Below the pieces are notes generated by a model that worked only from the letters and a program-made list of their open reading frames with translations, was not told the origin of the DNA and ran no database searches. The translations under genes and the position numbers were made by a program. A DNA stretch of 63,527 nt, the filler included, from Lenisia limosa (taxonomy: Eukaryota; Protista; Breviatea), in NCBI GenBank assembly GCA_001655205.1. It is 16 parts of 16 records of this genome, joined end to end, with 100 filler letters (N's around TTAATTAATTAA, not from the genome) between each part and the next. Parts side by side here need not be neighbours in the genome. Positions count along the whole stretch, not along the records: positions 33,954 to 38,158 come from LPNZ01007516.1; positions 38,259 to 46,680 come from LPNZ01007541.1; positions 46,781 to 54,882 come from LPNZ01007695.1; 13 more parts are not named here. The stretch is one strand, 5' to 3'. Of the stretch, positions 37,601 to 51,357 are shown one piece after another; within the stretch, counting starts at the first letter, position 1, and the number at the start of each line of letters is the position of its first letter.

Positions 37601-38080
37601 NNNNNNNNNNNNNNNNNNNNNNNNNNNNNNNNNNNNNNNNNNNNNNNNNNNNNNNNNNNNNNNNNNNNNNNNNNNNNNNNNNNNNNNNNNNNNNNNNNNN
37701 NNNNNNNNNNNNNAAGAGAAGACATATTTGTAGTGAGATTTTGATAGTTGAGAACCCGGTCTCACTTTGAAGGTATCTGACCTGCGGACGACAACTCAAA
37801 ACCTGCATCGAAGTACCGACTCGCGCTCATCACGCCTGGAATCCAGGGTCAATGACACCGTCCATTTGGCCAAGTATGCTCCCTAACATGTATTGTGCGA
37901 TATCATAATCTTCATCATAAGCTAATAACAGCTGTGCTGAGGAAGTTTTTTTTAACTTCATTGAAACAAGTATTATTGTAACAGTTTAACCGCATCGTAG
38001 ATCAGTTCTCCATGAGGCCGAAGACATGATCACAAACGTTGCGGCCGCCCCGGCTGCTGCACCCCCCATGCCCAGTGGTA
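34610..38080 (+). CDS. Long coiled-coil protein (partial, many short exons)
   Basis: Heptad-like exons DMVRTVVSSMFQELTTGIKEQFTKMHEATLSNTQHMEKLNK, VNDLTLRIDGVEGCIDRHITE, ETLAQLEEISDALKEVDDKFHE and VQSLTQQNSTSTKIVDDVVSKVQSL. Confidence 0.5.
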
Positions 38081-38712
38081 AGTTGGTACTTGTAATCATG
38101 TGGTGTTTGCTCTGTGCTTTATTGTTTTAGAAATGATTATATTTCATATGATAGTATANNNNNNNNNNNNNNNNNNNNNNNNNNNNNNNNNNNNNNNNNN
38201 NNTTAATTAATTAANNNNNNNNNNNNNNNNNNNNNNNNNNNNNNNNNNNNNNNNNNNNTATAGTATATAATATATCGATATATATTACACAAACACAGAC
38301 AGACACAGAAAAATGGGCCTCAGGGTAAATAAAGAAGCTATTGGGAGATATTACTCAAACAACTTCAAAAACATTACAAAGAGAGCATGGAAAGATGGAT
38401 TAGAAGAGAGAGATAAAAAATTAAAGAGTGCAGGAAATATCTCATTAAGAACACTGAGACAAACCAACAGTGTTTCTAGTGTTAATAAAATATACTGACA
38501 CTAAAGCACAAGGAATACCCCCCCCCCCCAAGGACAAGATATCTCAAANNNNNNNNNNNNNNNNNNNNNNNNNNNNNNNNNNNNNNNNNNNNNNNNNNNN
38601 NNNNNNNNNNNNNNNNNNNNNNNNNNNNNNNNNNNNNNNACCACCGATTTTGAAAAAGACAAAACAAAACAGACATGTTGAAACAGAGTCAGGTTGAAAT
38701 CAATCCCTTACC

Positions 38713-38983
38713 TTGGAGTTTTACCGAGTTCTCCAGGAATTTCCCATGGTGGATCAATCGAAAGCTATCTTTGGAGTCAACTGCTTCATACTCTGCGATG
38801 TTATCGTGAAGAAAGAAAGAAACAAGTGGTGGGCAGAGCAGAAGGTGGTGACTAACTTGTGTCTTTAGGGGGCCATTCTGATAATATCTTTTCCTTCATG
38901 GTTCCGACAGTGGTACTCAAATCAAATGAATAGGTGATTGAGTCACAGGAAGGGAGGAGGAACTTGATTTCGGCGTCTCCCAT
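38713..38983 (-). CDS. UBL3: Membrane-anchored ubiquitin-fold protein (UBL3/MUB), first two exons
   Basis: MGDAEIKFLLPSCDSITYSFDLSTTVGTMKEKILSEWPPKD and FRLIHHGKFLENSVKLQ match the MUB/UBL3 pattern. The C-terminal CAAX exon is not visible. Confidence 0.7.
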
Positions 38984-39364
38984 TTTGAACCAATTTGAGT
39001 AATTCTGTCAGATCTAGCTTTTATTTAACAATAGATACTCTTACAAAGCCCCAGATAGGGGCAAATCAGAACGCAGAGTTATTCAAGGGTTCACAAAAAT
39101 ATTATGCGACGTTTTCTTATTTAATTCATTAGAAACAGAATTAATGTATCATTATATAATTCTGTGCAGCACAAAGATGTATTTTCTAGACTTCTAGACT
39201 ACCTCTTCGCCTACTTATATACAATTCTGGGGTGTTAATTCTCATTGATTCTCTTTTTGCCGTTTTCAAAGCGTCAGTGGCCTCTATATTGGTTTTTTTA
39301 AATTTATAGCATTTTTAATTAGGGCACAATTGAGTAAAAAGTTGTTGTTGTTAGTTGAGACGTC

Positions 39365-41707
39365 ATGTCAAAGGTCTATATTCCACCAGCTCACTTGGAT
39401 AGTCATGCTGCGAGGGATTTAAGACTACAGAAGAGGTTTTTGCTTTCTGAGGAGCAGTGTTCAAGAACGGTGTCTCGAGCTGATGGTATCTCCGAGGAGA
39501 TAGAGACCTCCCAAAGGCGTTTGGGAGCATTATATATCCTTGAAGCAGGAAAATTACTTGAATTGTTTGCTTGGACTCTTTTTTTTTTATTGAATTGACG
39601 TTATTCTAGGTCGTCCACTGTCATCATGTCATCACAAATGCTCTTCCAGAGGTACTTTTACATCCATTCAATGGCAAGGTCTGATGTAAAGGTTTGTGCG
39701 TGCATTCTGTGAATGATTGACCGTTGTCTAGACTGTTGCAATGGGGTCTCTCTTCCTTGCTGCTAAAGTGGGTGAAACCCACCGTTTGGGGACGGATATT
39801 GTCAATTCCTTCCATTATGTATTTTGCACAACCCCAAGCGCAGATCCCAACATTCGTGATGAAACCAACTACAAGCCACTTCTGAAGTCTTCAAAAGTCT
39901 GATGGGAAAGAGCTGGGTTGTTTAGATCGTACATATTTTAGATAGAGAAGGTTACGTTTTATGAAAAAAAATATGTGGAGTGAGCAATAATGAATGTAAC
40001 TGGGAGGGAGAAATGAAGATGAACTCTTGTTATCTCAGTCATGCTTGGATGGCAATAATTGTTATAGAGCTCTTTTTTTTCCCTATTTATTCTGTTTCGA
40101 GGTCATTTCAAACAAAATAACACATTAGGAGTTTTCAGACCTCCGAAATGGTCTGATTGAAATGGAGAGGCGGCTTCTGCGGGCAATAGGCTTTGTGATT
40201 TGGACGGAGCTTCCCCATCGTTTCCTTCCCGCTTACTCACGAACTCTTAGCTTGCCACAAGACGCCATCCAACATGCATGGAATTTTGCCACAGATGCGT
40301 ATGTTCATTGAATATTCTTCTTTTTTTTTTATTTCAACTTTATATTCTGTGTTGGCTACTTTCGCTATTGATGCAAGAAGCTTAACCACCCAGGTTCCAG
40401 ACAACCGTTAACATGAGGTACCCGGCTGAGGTTATAGCCTGTGCTGCTGTTGATGTGGCTGCAAGGAAATCAGTATGCAAAACTCCCGTTTATTCTCTCT
40501 CCTTTTTTTTTCTTCTCTCTCTCCCTCCCTCCCTCCCTCTTTTCTTTTTTCTCTTTTTCAAGGGCTATCGATGGCTCATCGTCAGTACAAAGTCCACAAA
40601 CAATTTACAAGTATTTTAGACTTATTTTTGGGCTCGATTTGGAGATTATATAAATAACCTGTCAAGGGTTTGACTTTACCATTCTGCCCCCCTTGGTGGA
40701 AGCTGTTTCAATGCAAAAGAAGTGGTATGGAGGCACTAAGGGACCACTTCTTTTTCGAAAGACAATACAAATTTTTACTTCCTGATTATATATGGTGCAG
40801 CCTCTCACTAATGCTATTGTTCAAATTTTTGGGGCTAGATAGGGGTTGTAACTTTTTAGATATTGATTCAGTGATGAACGAGGTTCTGAACCTGAACAAC
40901 CAGCCAAGACCTGAGTATGTCGACTTAAAAGCGCAGAGAAAAGATAAAGAACTTTCCGAACGAATTGAACGTCTCAAAGAACAAGCAGCGGTATGTTCAA
41001 AATTGATGATATGCTTTTTCTTGGAATAAAAATGAACTAAGACAATGGAGTACTGGGAGAATGTAATTCGAATGATCTTTTTGAACATCTTATTTTGAGA
41101 GAGAGGTAGAGAGACAGCGAGCAAAGATAATAGAAATTATAATGCGATGAATATATTAGAGTTGTGAGCAGAATAAAAAGAACGCACATAAAATACTAAC
41201 TAAAGGTTTACCCTTTAGATCGCCGCCGCTGCTGCCATAGCTCGATCCAAAACACCCGATTCCGAGGACTCGATGAGCACGCCACCTTACTCCCGCGGCC
41301 GTCGCTTGTCGTCACGTTTTGACGAGTTGGAGGGAGGGCATGGAGGTCGTATGTTAGGCTTCCCTCTATTTCATAAAAAGCTGTTTTTTTTTTTTGATGC
41401 TTGCTTTTCTTGTTTGTATCAGTGGTACACCATCCAAGACTTTTTGGATTTGGAAGAAGCCCGGGTGGGCTTCTCTCCCTTCCCAACTGTGCCGTATTGC
41501 CTTATTTTCTCCATATTCTCCTCCTGACGGTATAGACCACGTGATCGACGACGACCCAGTGACGATGACGATATGGGGCGTGATGTCAAGCGCGCGCGCT
41601 CGAAGTCCCCTGAGACCTCCGACTACTCTGATGGTGGCAGGTTTGTCTTTTTCTACATCATGTTTTTATTTATTTGGCGCTCTCTTTTGATCTTATTTTC
41701 CAGGTGA
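39365..41707 (+). CDS. CCNL1: Cyclin L
   Basis: Spliced motifs FLLSEEQCSRTVSRADGISEEIETSQRRLGALYILEAGKLLEL / STVIMSSQMLFQRYF / LIEMERRLLRAIGFVIWTELPHRF..AWNFATDA / RYPAEVIACAAVDVAAR / LPFCPPWWKLF, plus an R/S/D-rich tail. Confidence 0.9.
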
Positions 41708-42182
41708 GGAATGTACCATATAAACTGTTTCTTTTCTTGTATTTCTAAGCTTTCTTGTTTCTGTGTCAAAGGTAACACATTTCTATGTACAATCTCAGGA
41801 TGTTGGAGGGCTTATGTAGATTGGGGTGAGATTGGGATGGTGAGAGCGATAAAAACTGTTGTACAAAATCCATAGAAACTCCAAAGAAACAAAAACACAA
41901 AACAAAACAATGAATTAACGCATTTGGCGGGTGTTACCACGTCCGCGAGGCCTGGGGTGGTGTTAAGGACCAGCAAGAAAGGTTTTCATCACAGTTTCTT
42001 GATAAAAAAAAAATAATAAAATATATAAAAAAAACTATGATGGGAATGAAAACAAGCAAATTTCCTTCTCCTGTTCATCCATGGGAAAGTCCTACAAAAA
42101 AATATATCAGGAGACTATGATGAAAACGAAAACAAGCAAATTTACTTCTTCTGTTCATCCATGGGAAAGTCCTACAGTCCAC

Positions 42183-43355
42183 CTACTCAGATGTTGAGGT
42201 AATGCGAAGACCAATAAGAGGGTTCTGAGCTAAACATGGTAAACACGTGACACAATATGAGCATGGGATGGGAGAGGGAAAAAAAAGAACTCGAAGCAAA
42301 CTTTCACGTTTAGGCTTGAGAGCAGGGGCAATAGCAGAGTCTGGCATCTGAGTCATCTGAATGGCGAGTCCGTCGAGAGTCACGCCTTGGAGTCCCTTCA
42401 CAGCCTTGTAGGCGTCGTTGGCGTCGGCAAAGACCACTTCTGCGCGGCCAAGACTCATTCCGCCGGGGCCGTAGAGGATGGTGGCTGATTGCACGCTACC
42501 GTAGCGCTGGAAGAGCTCCTGAAGCGTAACAGGTCATCCAAAAAAAGAAAACGCCATAAAAGAGGAACCCTGAGTAACAAACCTCCATGTCCTCACAAAC
42601 GACCTCGGGGCCAAGGTTGGATACGTAGATCATGCGACCAAGAGAAAGTCCTTATTCGTAAGTAAAAGCAATCCAGTACAATGATGAGAAAGTAAAATAA
42701 TGGGGGCAGACCGCGAGCAGCACGAGATTGGAAGGCTTGGGCGGGTTGGTTGGAGAAAGTGCGAGTGGGGGTCTGGATGTCAGAGTAGTTGTTCAAGGGA
42801 GCAGGTTCTTCTCTTCTTTGGGATTGCTGCCTCTGGGGACGAGAGGTCGCGAGTGGTTGTTCCTGGAAGAGATCATGGCCCCAGCGTCCATCGATGGATG
42901 ATTTGGGTTGGCGAGGCTGACGACCAGTGTTAGCAGGTTGACGGCGGCCAGAAGGGGCCTGTTGGCGAGAAGGAGCAACGTTAGATTTCCGTTGAACAGC
43001 GTTGAAGAGATCGTGAGTCCACTTTCCATCAACATTACCCGCAGATTTCTGAACAAATGCCTTCTAAGAGCGTAAGAATACGAGGAAACTTGGGATTTAT
43101 TCAAACCTGAGCAACAGGTGCACTTCTTCTTCCAGCAGGGGCACTACTTCTACGAACACTAGCAGGGGCAACACGACCATTTCCTCTGCGAACTCCAACA
43201 GTGTTCCTTCTCACCGTGTTAAAAGCTGGTTTGCGAGCAGTTGGTGCATTTCTGCGACCACGTCCTCTGCCCTTACCTGGAAAAAAGGAGTAAAACACTT
43301 CACGAAAAAAAAAGAATAACTAACGGGTAATAATATCATCAAGAGCCATCTCCAT
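42183..43355 (-). CDS. ALYREF: THO complex subunit 4 / ALY-REF mRNA export adaptor (RRM)
   Basis: N-terminal MEMALDDII, an RG-rich linker, and the RRM ELFQRYGSVQSATILYGPGGMSLGRAEVVFADANDAYKAVKGLQGVTLDG. Confidence 0.85.
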
Positions 43356-43795
43356 TATGAACTTTAACAACTAAAGACAAGTCAAAACAGGCTTTAGTTT
43401 TTCCAAAAACACCAGATAAGAATGATCATTTGATCTAATTTCAATTGGCGCCGCCGCCAGATCTAGATATGCTGGGGGCGTCTTTCCCCGGGCCGGCAAC
43501 ATCAACTTCAACGCTTCATCGCTGTTTTAGTCGTCGGGTCGTCGATCCCCAGCAGTCTCAAGCACACACACGGAACCTGCGCAAGGCACGTCTAATAAGG
43601 TGGTTGATAAAGCCGAGTACGGGCCGAAGGTGTCAAGTTGCCTCGGATGTAGATCATTTGATCGTTTCGAATATTTAAAGGAACAAGAAATTTCTAGAAA
43701 ACGAGTTTGTACCTATAAAGCCTGGAAGACTTATTCAAATAACTACCGAATGTTAAATTGAGTACTTGTTCTTGAAGGAGATAGAAAGTTGAGTC

Positions 43796-45450
43796 ATGAA
43801 GTTTCTTTTGGTAGCGCTTCTGGCTCTCTTTAGTATCTGCTTTGCATTAAATGTTGATTCAGGAGTTCTTCGTAAGCTTAAAAAAGGCGTTTAAACCTTC
43901 TCACCCCATATTTAGCCCTTTTGAAAGTCAATCCAAAATATATTTCTGTCGGAGGCCTGTCATCTGGTGCATTCTTCGCCCACCAATTCCATGTAGCTTT
44001 CTCTGAAAGTTTACGTGGCGCTTCCATAGTTGCAGGAGGTCCCTACTATTGTATGAAATCCTTTTTTTTATTTTCATTATTATTATTATTGCATGTATTT
44101 CAGTGTACCTTCATCCCTTTTTTGCACTTTTGACCAAATAGGCGCCAATAACAATGTTGAGATTGCGCTCGAGTCTTGCATGACTCAGAGTGAACTCATT
44201 GTTGTTGAAGAGCTTCTGAAGGCAGCCGAATATGCGGAAGTGACCTTGACTGTGGATGCTCTCTATCACCTTCTCAACTCGAAAGTGTTCCTCTTCTCTG
44301 GCTCAAAAGACACCACAGTTGAACCTGGTGTGGTGCATAAGGTTGGTAATCGTAGATCTAAAGATGGTTATCATGTTCGGATGGCTCGGATGACAAATGG
44401 ATGCCATCGGGTCATGAGCAACCGAGCCACATTTTTTTCTAAGCTTCTGCAGGTCAAGGACTTCTACAAGCGTATCACTGTTGGTAAGGTTGACATCAAG
44501 ACCGTATTTGACGTCCCCGCTGAACATTCAATGGTTACCGAATCCATTGGCAATGACTGTGATTACCTGGTTTGTTGCTTTGTTTTCAGGGCCAGGCTAA
44601 TTTATTCAGGGGTCACCATATATCAACAAATGTGGTTACAATCTTCAAGGTGAGGTTTCTCATCCTCTTTAATGAAATGCTGAGAGCCTTTGTTGGTAAC
44701 AATTTCAGCGGCGGCAATGAGTCACATTTTGGATGCCCACAATACATCAAATGTCACGTCACTGGGCAATGTGACGCAGTACCTTCATAAGTTTGACCAA
44801 AGACATTACATCTTCGGTCCCTTCTCTCACTCAGAGGTATGTTGTTCACATTGCGATGAGTATCGTATAGGAATCCCCGATATATTAACTGTGTTAGGTT
44901 AGAGCTGTATTTCTTACTAATTGCATAGATTGGTATGTTCACCTACGGTCGTATCTTTGTTCCTCCCCAATGTGAAAAAAGGAGTATGTGGGTTGATGCA
45001 AGTTGTTCCTCTTTTTCAGTGTCATGTCATTTTCAAAACATTTGAAAAAGTAACCGTACTGGTTATTCATTGTTCTAGCATGTAAAATGCATATTGAGCT
45101 CCATGGGTGCCACCAAAGCATCGAGTCAATTGGCGAACAGGTGGGTACTTAGTAATGTTTTTCTGACTTTTGCAGTATGTTCTTGAAAACGGACTTAATG
45201 AACACGCAATGGCTAATGGCATCATTATCCTGTACCCCCAAGCTCAAAGCAATGTGCTCAACCCCAATGGATGTTGGGACTGGTATGAGGGTTTGATTTA
45301 TACTCTGTGTTTTTACTCTTTGTGTTCCAGTCTAAAACTGAAAGGTGGGGCTACACAGGAGAAGCCTATGCTACTCGTCTCGGGTACCAAATGAGAACAG
45401 TCGCTGATATGGCGTCTCGAGTGGCGGGGAAAAAGTTTGTTGTCGAGTAA
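43796..45450 (+). CDS. phaZ: Secreted poly(3-hydroxybutyrate) depolymerase-family esterase
   Basis: Signal peptide MKFLLVALLALFSICFA, lipase box ISVGGLSSGAFFAHQFHVAFS..IVAGGPYYC, VFLFSGSKDTTV, ELHGCHQS, and IIILYPQAQSNVLNPNGCWDWWGYTGEAYATRLG. Multiple GT-AG introns. Confidence 0.9.
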
Positions 45451-45549
45451 CTCGGACAGTGTATGTCTTTGTTCACTGGTGTTTGAATGAATTTAGATCA
45501 TTTCATCAGTCCAACAAATAAGACAATGTATTCAACAAAAACGTGGTTC

Positions 45550-46560
45550 TAGTTCTAATAGCAGAGCCTTGTAGGAGAAAGGGGGGCCCTTCCAGATGAC
45601 TCGCTGCATGTGGATGATTTGCTGTCGGAGGATTTGTCGGAGAGAGGTGGTGAGGTGATCTTAGCGGACAAAGCAGCAGCGTGACGGGCCTCTCGAGCCT
45701 AGAAAGTTACCAGAATAGATCTCTGAAAATGAAAGTAAAGCGAAAGCGAACATGAGAATAAATAAAGTATGTTCTTATGTTCTTTATATCTGTAAATTGT
45801 CTTCAAGCAGGCTCTCAATTCAGAAAATTGGCTTGAATGCCGTATGAATATCATCACATCATCATATAAATGTCTACAAGACAAAAACATAATTTTGCTA
45901 CTTCACCACATTTTCACCTGACAACAGCAACTCACCATGAACTTGTGTCGGTATTTGATAAGGACAGCGGTAGCCTTGCTCCATCCAAGCTCACGGGCAA
46001 TTGCCAGAGCTGAATACTACAGCGTCAGCTGAAACAGCTTTGATATAACAAAACAAAACGGTATAAATAGTAATATGGGACCCCTAGAAACCTGGTCAGT
46101 GGGCCCAATGATTTCGGCTCCTTTTTTTGCTGCAAAAGCCAAGCAGCGAAGTCGGGCATCTGGGGCTCCATGGATCGCATGAACCTGATTGCCATTAAGA
46201 AGGAAATAGGGTGAAGATTTAGTTCAACGTTTAACATTATTACTGTGTTTTTGTCATCTGGGGAATTATTTCCCATAAAAATACAAGATAGGCCACCTCA
46301 CCTGAACAGCTTCTGCCCAAAAACGTTGACCAATCGCCTGAGGGGTTAGGCAACCAAATGGCATATTTTCTCCTACCATATCCTCAGTTTCCTGTTCACT
46401 GCCATTCTTTTCGCCACCCGAAGCCTCATCTATGGTATCATCATTTGTAATTTCCTTTTGAGGACATTGAAGTTGCTTTCGACAATGCTCTTCAGAAGCT
46501 GCGCTACGCCAGAATTCATTCTGAGGCATGAGATTTGAAAATGCAAGCAGCAAGGAATAT
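45550..46560 (-). CDS. Hypothetical protein, possibly ending an ankyrin-like repeat
   Basis: Exon YSALAIARELGWSKATAVLIKYRHKFM followed by an S-rich tail exon. Weak. Confidence 0.3.
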
Positions 46561-46799
46561 CAGATGGTACCATATCCTGCTTGTAGGAACATATTATATA
46601 TCGATATAGCTATAATATATCATATCACACCGTCCATATATCTGTGAATTTTCCTCTATCTGTGATTTTTTTGAAATATANNNNNNNNNNNNNNNNNNNN
46701 NNNNNNNNNNNNNNNNNNNNNNNNTTAATTAATTAANNNNNNNNNNNNNNNNNNNNNNNNNNNNNNNNNNNNNNNNNNNNCTTGGGAGAGGGAGTGAAG

Positions 46800-49700
46800 C
46801 CTTCATCATCACAATATTTCCAAAACACTCATAAGTAGAGAAAGTGCAGTTCAAACACATGCAGCCAGAAAGTGGCTAATCCGACTAATGTCGATTATGG
46901 GGGAGTTCGCAATATTTTGATTATGGGGCCAAATATATGCCACAACCATGGGAATCGCAGGGGGGGGGGGGNNNNNNNNNNNNNNNNNNNNNNNNNNNNN
47001 NNNNNNNNNNNNNNNNNNNNNNNNNNNNNNNNNNNNNNNNNNNNNNNNNNNNNNNNNNNNNNNNNNNNNNNNNTGAGGCTATCGCCCAACAAAAAAAATA
47101 TATCCATCATGCTGCTCTCAATCTTCCAGCTCAACAGGAGAAAGAGGAGCAGGCACGAGACCAGAGAAATGGCGGGGAGAGGAAGGAGATTGAAGTAAAA
47201 TCGTGCCACGAATCGCTCAAAACCCCGGATCAACTCCAACGTTATCACCAAAAAACAACAACCGACAACATCCTTATTCTAAGAACAAGAAAAACATCCG
47301 AGGTATTTCAGAAACCTTTAAAGCAAACCTTCTTCGGAGCTCCAAAGAGGCCCATAAGCATTTCAGCAGCAGCATCATGTTGTTCCTCATCCTAAAAAGT
47401 GAAAATCTCGCTTCACACGAAAAAGAGATGAAAAAAAGACTGGTTAAAGTGAAAAGAGACAATAAATCCGGCTTTATAAGCCGCTAAAAAGGCGTATATA
47501 GTGTATAAAGAAGCGCTCGAAGCTGAGAGCAGATAAATGCTCTGGAAAATTCTTGAAAGTTGGGCAATACCTTGTGACGTTGTCTCCGTGCAGATCTTGT
47601 GCCATAAGCGCTGTCCTCGGTTGCAGTAATCAAGTGGTTGAGACCGGGAGGCTCCAGCCGATCCTACAAGCGTCAGAGAAGAATATACAGCATATTCAAT
47701 CGCAGTTAAACAAAAGAGAACCGGTTAAAGGTCCCAAAAGATCTTCCGCACCAAACAAGCCACCACATATTGAAATGGTCAAAGCTCCCAGATCCAAATA
47801 CTCATTAAAGAACACTACATAAACATATTGAAAGCTGTTCCAAGGTACAGTGGACAGAAAGGAATGAAACAACAAAGGTTGGTGACGTTTCCAAATCACA
47901 TATGGAAAACTAACCTTTTCCAGGGCGAAATAGTCAATCCGACCAGAACCTAGATGAATAAGCGATGCGTATCCCTTACAGACCCGCTGACATTGGGACA
48001 AAACGTGAGAACAAACCTTTCCGTCTTGAGGCACGTCTTCCAGTCTAAAACAAGTAAATATAGAATAAACATTCACAGTTGCCGGAACAGCTTCGGCGAA
48101 AAGCAAAAACGAAAATGCAGACACATCGGCAATCCATACCGATTCCATTCTGTCACTGATTAAGAAGTAGAATTGCTTTAAAACTCAGTGTAGAAGCGAG
48201 GAGCTGAATACATGAGACTTGTTGAAAAAAAAAGAAAAGTATCTGCTGAAAAAGTCGGACACCCCCTTAAGCATACAATTTTAACCACATAATTCCCAAA
48301 TAGCTTGCAATAAACGGTAAATACCATCAGAACAAAAGAGACGGCTGGAAAAAAAAAACTGAAATCCCAAGTTAAGGAGAAAAATTCCTTCCAAACAACA
48401 ACCTCAGGTACAATAGATCAATAAGAGAGCAGTGGTGATGACATACGGGTCTGTAAAGGAAATCAAGTACTCATATCAACAACAGGCCCTATCCACGACC
48501 AAAAATAAATGTCTTTTATCATATAATACTGTATCCGCATCATGAAAGCAGCAAACCTCACCTAAATCGATGGACCCTGACCGACTAGCTATAATTTGCC
48601 GTGGAATGAAGTGCCTTTTAGCTAATTTTACAATTTATACCCAAACTAAGTGAATAATAGCAAGTCAACACAAAGAGGAGCAAAAATAAAAAAAAATCGG
48701 TGGAAATATGAAATCCGACCGAGCCAAAGAAAAATAATGACCAATACGTCACTTGAACAAGATATTATATCACCTTCTTTTCAATGTATTGTCAGTACCA
48801 TCTTTACGTCTTTACATCTTTACTCAATATGCCATCTGCTTGTCATTCAGTGTTAGTTATTGATTATATTCAATACAAGGCCTTGATTAAATCATTGTAT
48901 CAGATGTACCCATACATCCAAACAACTTCTACAAAACTACAAAAACAATTTTACCCTCTTCAGGATTCAGTGCTCCTTATGGCGGTCCCAAACCAGTTTC
49001 CTGGAAGGTGTGAATACTCTGTTAATAGCATAACATCCGAGGAGGAACATCTCTTGAAAAATATATAGTTTCTTTCATAATGGATTACCGCGATAATCAA
49101 GAAAAATTATATTCCAATCCAATCATCTGCCTCACAATGAAGATTCGACTCAGTCTCAAGGATTTAATGGAGTTTGAAGACAACCGATTGATATTATACC
49201 GTTACACTAATTCAGATGAATTCAGTATGTGTATGTAGAGATCAGAAATAAAACAAGGGAGTGTCTGGCCGAAGCAGTAAACACCATCACTGAGAAAAGA
49301 GATTGGATTATAATGGTAGAGTAATCTAATTCAATCATTTGCCTTGTAACTCTGTGCAGGTTTCAAGGATTAGACAAGAGCCTCTGCACATTAACTCAAG
49401 TAGTCCCTCCTGAATCCGTCTTGCACGACGGATAAAGGAGGTACCAGAGAGTTACAACTGCATGCAATTAGATTAATATTATCCTAAATATTAATCATTT
49501 CCTTGAAAGAGAACAGATTATAAGTGGCTCAATAGTAGGACAAGGTCTCAGGTGGAGAGATCATAGTCTATGAGTTCCGAGAGATTGCTTAAGAATAGCG
49601 CTTTCAGTATATTTCAATGGGGTGTCATAAAACTTGAATTTGAGCTGCCCACAAATGCACCAATGTACCTCAGACACGAAAAGTTCATCTTGTCATCTTC

Positions 49701-51235
49701 ATGAAACACACTGCCTCAGTAGCCTTACACCTTAATGGTCAGCAAGCAGTTATCATATCATATGTAAATGGAGGATTAATAGGAAATATAATTTATTTAT
49801 ATGTAATAAAACGTGAAGCATAATGAAAAAGAACAAGGGCGGTGCTAGATAATGAAGAAGAACAAGGGCGGTGACATATAATGAAGAAACAAGCGCGGTG
49901 CTAGATAACAGAACAATTTGACAAATTGATATTAAAATATTTCTACAATTGCCATATTGGTTACTATTTGCTTGTGCATAATTTTGAAACACTTCAAGTA
50001 AGGGTGATGTGTTTAATCGTGAAGCAAAGGCCACAAAACCACCCACCTTGCAGTTATCCGAGCCATAAGCTCATCAATTTCCTGCTTTAGCTGAATCTTC
50101 TCAAGAGCTTTCTGAAGGAAATCATGATATGCGGTCATTATTCACAAAAAAGGGCAAAAAAATTTCATTTTAATGATTGTGACCCCAAAAAAACAATAAT
50201 GGAACTGAAATATTTAAAAATAATCCAAGGACCCATTAGTTTCACCAGATACTTCTTTCCTGTAATCCAGCATTTCTTGAAGGAGTTGCTTCTTTTCTTC
50301 GGCAGCACAAGAGGCTTGAAAATCTCGGGCAGACATATCATCGATTCTAATGCATAATCGTATGATTGACTATCATCAGCTCTAAAAATACTGATTGAAT
50401 GTACCTATCTTCAACNNNNNNNNNNNNNNNNNNNNNNNNNNNNNNNNNNNNNNNNNNNNNNNNNNNNNNNNNNNNNNNNNNNNNNNNNNNNNNNNNNNNN
50501 NNNNNNNNNNNNNNNNNNNNNNNNNNNNNNNNNNNNNNCTTCCACAGACCACTCCATGAAAGATGACTGGGAGGTAAGTTGTTCAGAAGATAAAATTAGA
50601 CAAAAACTACATACAAATATCACTATAACCATCAGACTATTAACGGCTGCCTGACACCCCCCCCCCCTTATATAAATACTATATGTATTTCNNNNNNNNN
50701 NNNNNNNNNNNNNNNNNNNNNNNNNNNNNNNNNNNNNNNNNNNNNNNNTCCTACCAGTGCATCTGAAATGAATTTGTACCAGAACTGGTAGAAGACATTG
50801 AAAATAACCTGAAGAGTAAAAGCTGTTCAAAGGGTATTACAAAGTATTAGCGGCAAAGCCACATAACGCCCATCCCCACTTGGTTACTGTGCTTCTTTTC
50901 AGTAGTAAGGAGTTCAGAAAAGCGTTCAAAGGACAGCTTTTCCTGGAATGTCACTTCCCAAAACAAACCAAAATTAGCACACCAACCATTGATGCTAGAA
51001 GCGAAGACAGGTAGCTATTGAATACCTTGTGGAAAGACGAATGGTTCAGACTTTCATAGCTGCTATATCTAAAAAGAATAATAAAAAAAAAAGAGAATAC
51101 AGCCTCCAAAACATTGCTAATAGCGGTGATCCAAGCAAACTCCGTTTCAAAGTGTTCCTGTAAATGCACCGCAACTGTCTCGGAAATCTCACTTGAACTA
51201 TCACACACATCCTGATACGATAATGATGGCAACAT
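46800..51235 (-). CDS. Large hypothetical helical-repeat-like protein, multi-exon
   Basis: ATG at 51235 (MLPSLSYQDVCDSSSEISETVAVHLQEHFETEFAW) and exons EKLSFERFSELL, LEDVPQDGK and DEEQHDAAAEMLMGLFGAPKK with GT-AG flanks. May be more than one gene. Confidence 0.4.
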
Positions 51236-51357
51236 AGCTGACTAAAGGCTGTTATTTTTTTATTTTTTGAGCCAATTGATTATTTTCGAAAAAAATATAT
51301 CGAAATATTTCGGATTTAATAGAAGTGACAGAAAGAAACAGGCCTTCTCTCTCTAAT

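Noticed and set aside
43445-43678. 77-aa ORF between ALYREF and phaZ as a gene
   Set aside because: Non-ATG start, no recognisable motif, and it occupies the shared upstream region of two divergent genes.
47320-47395. DEEQHDAAAEMLMGLFGAPKK as PA200/Blm10
   Set aside because: Single short resemblance, and the distance from the apparent start codon seems too short for that motif's position.
47480-47620. MLWKILESWAIP on the plus strand as a LINE reverse-transcriptase motif
   Set aside because: The surrounding frame is full of stops and lacks other RT motifs. The region is better explained by minus-strand exons with GT-AG flanks.
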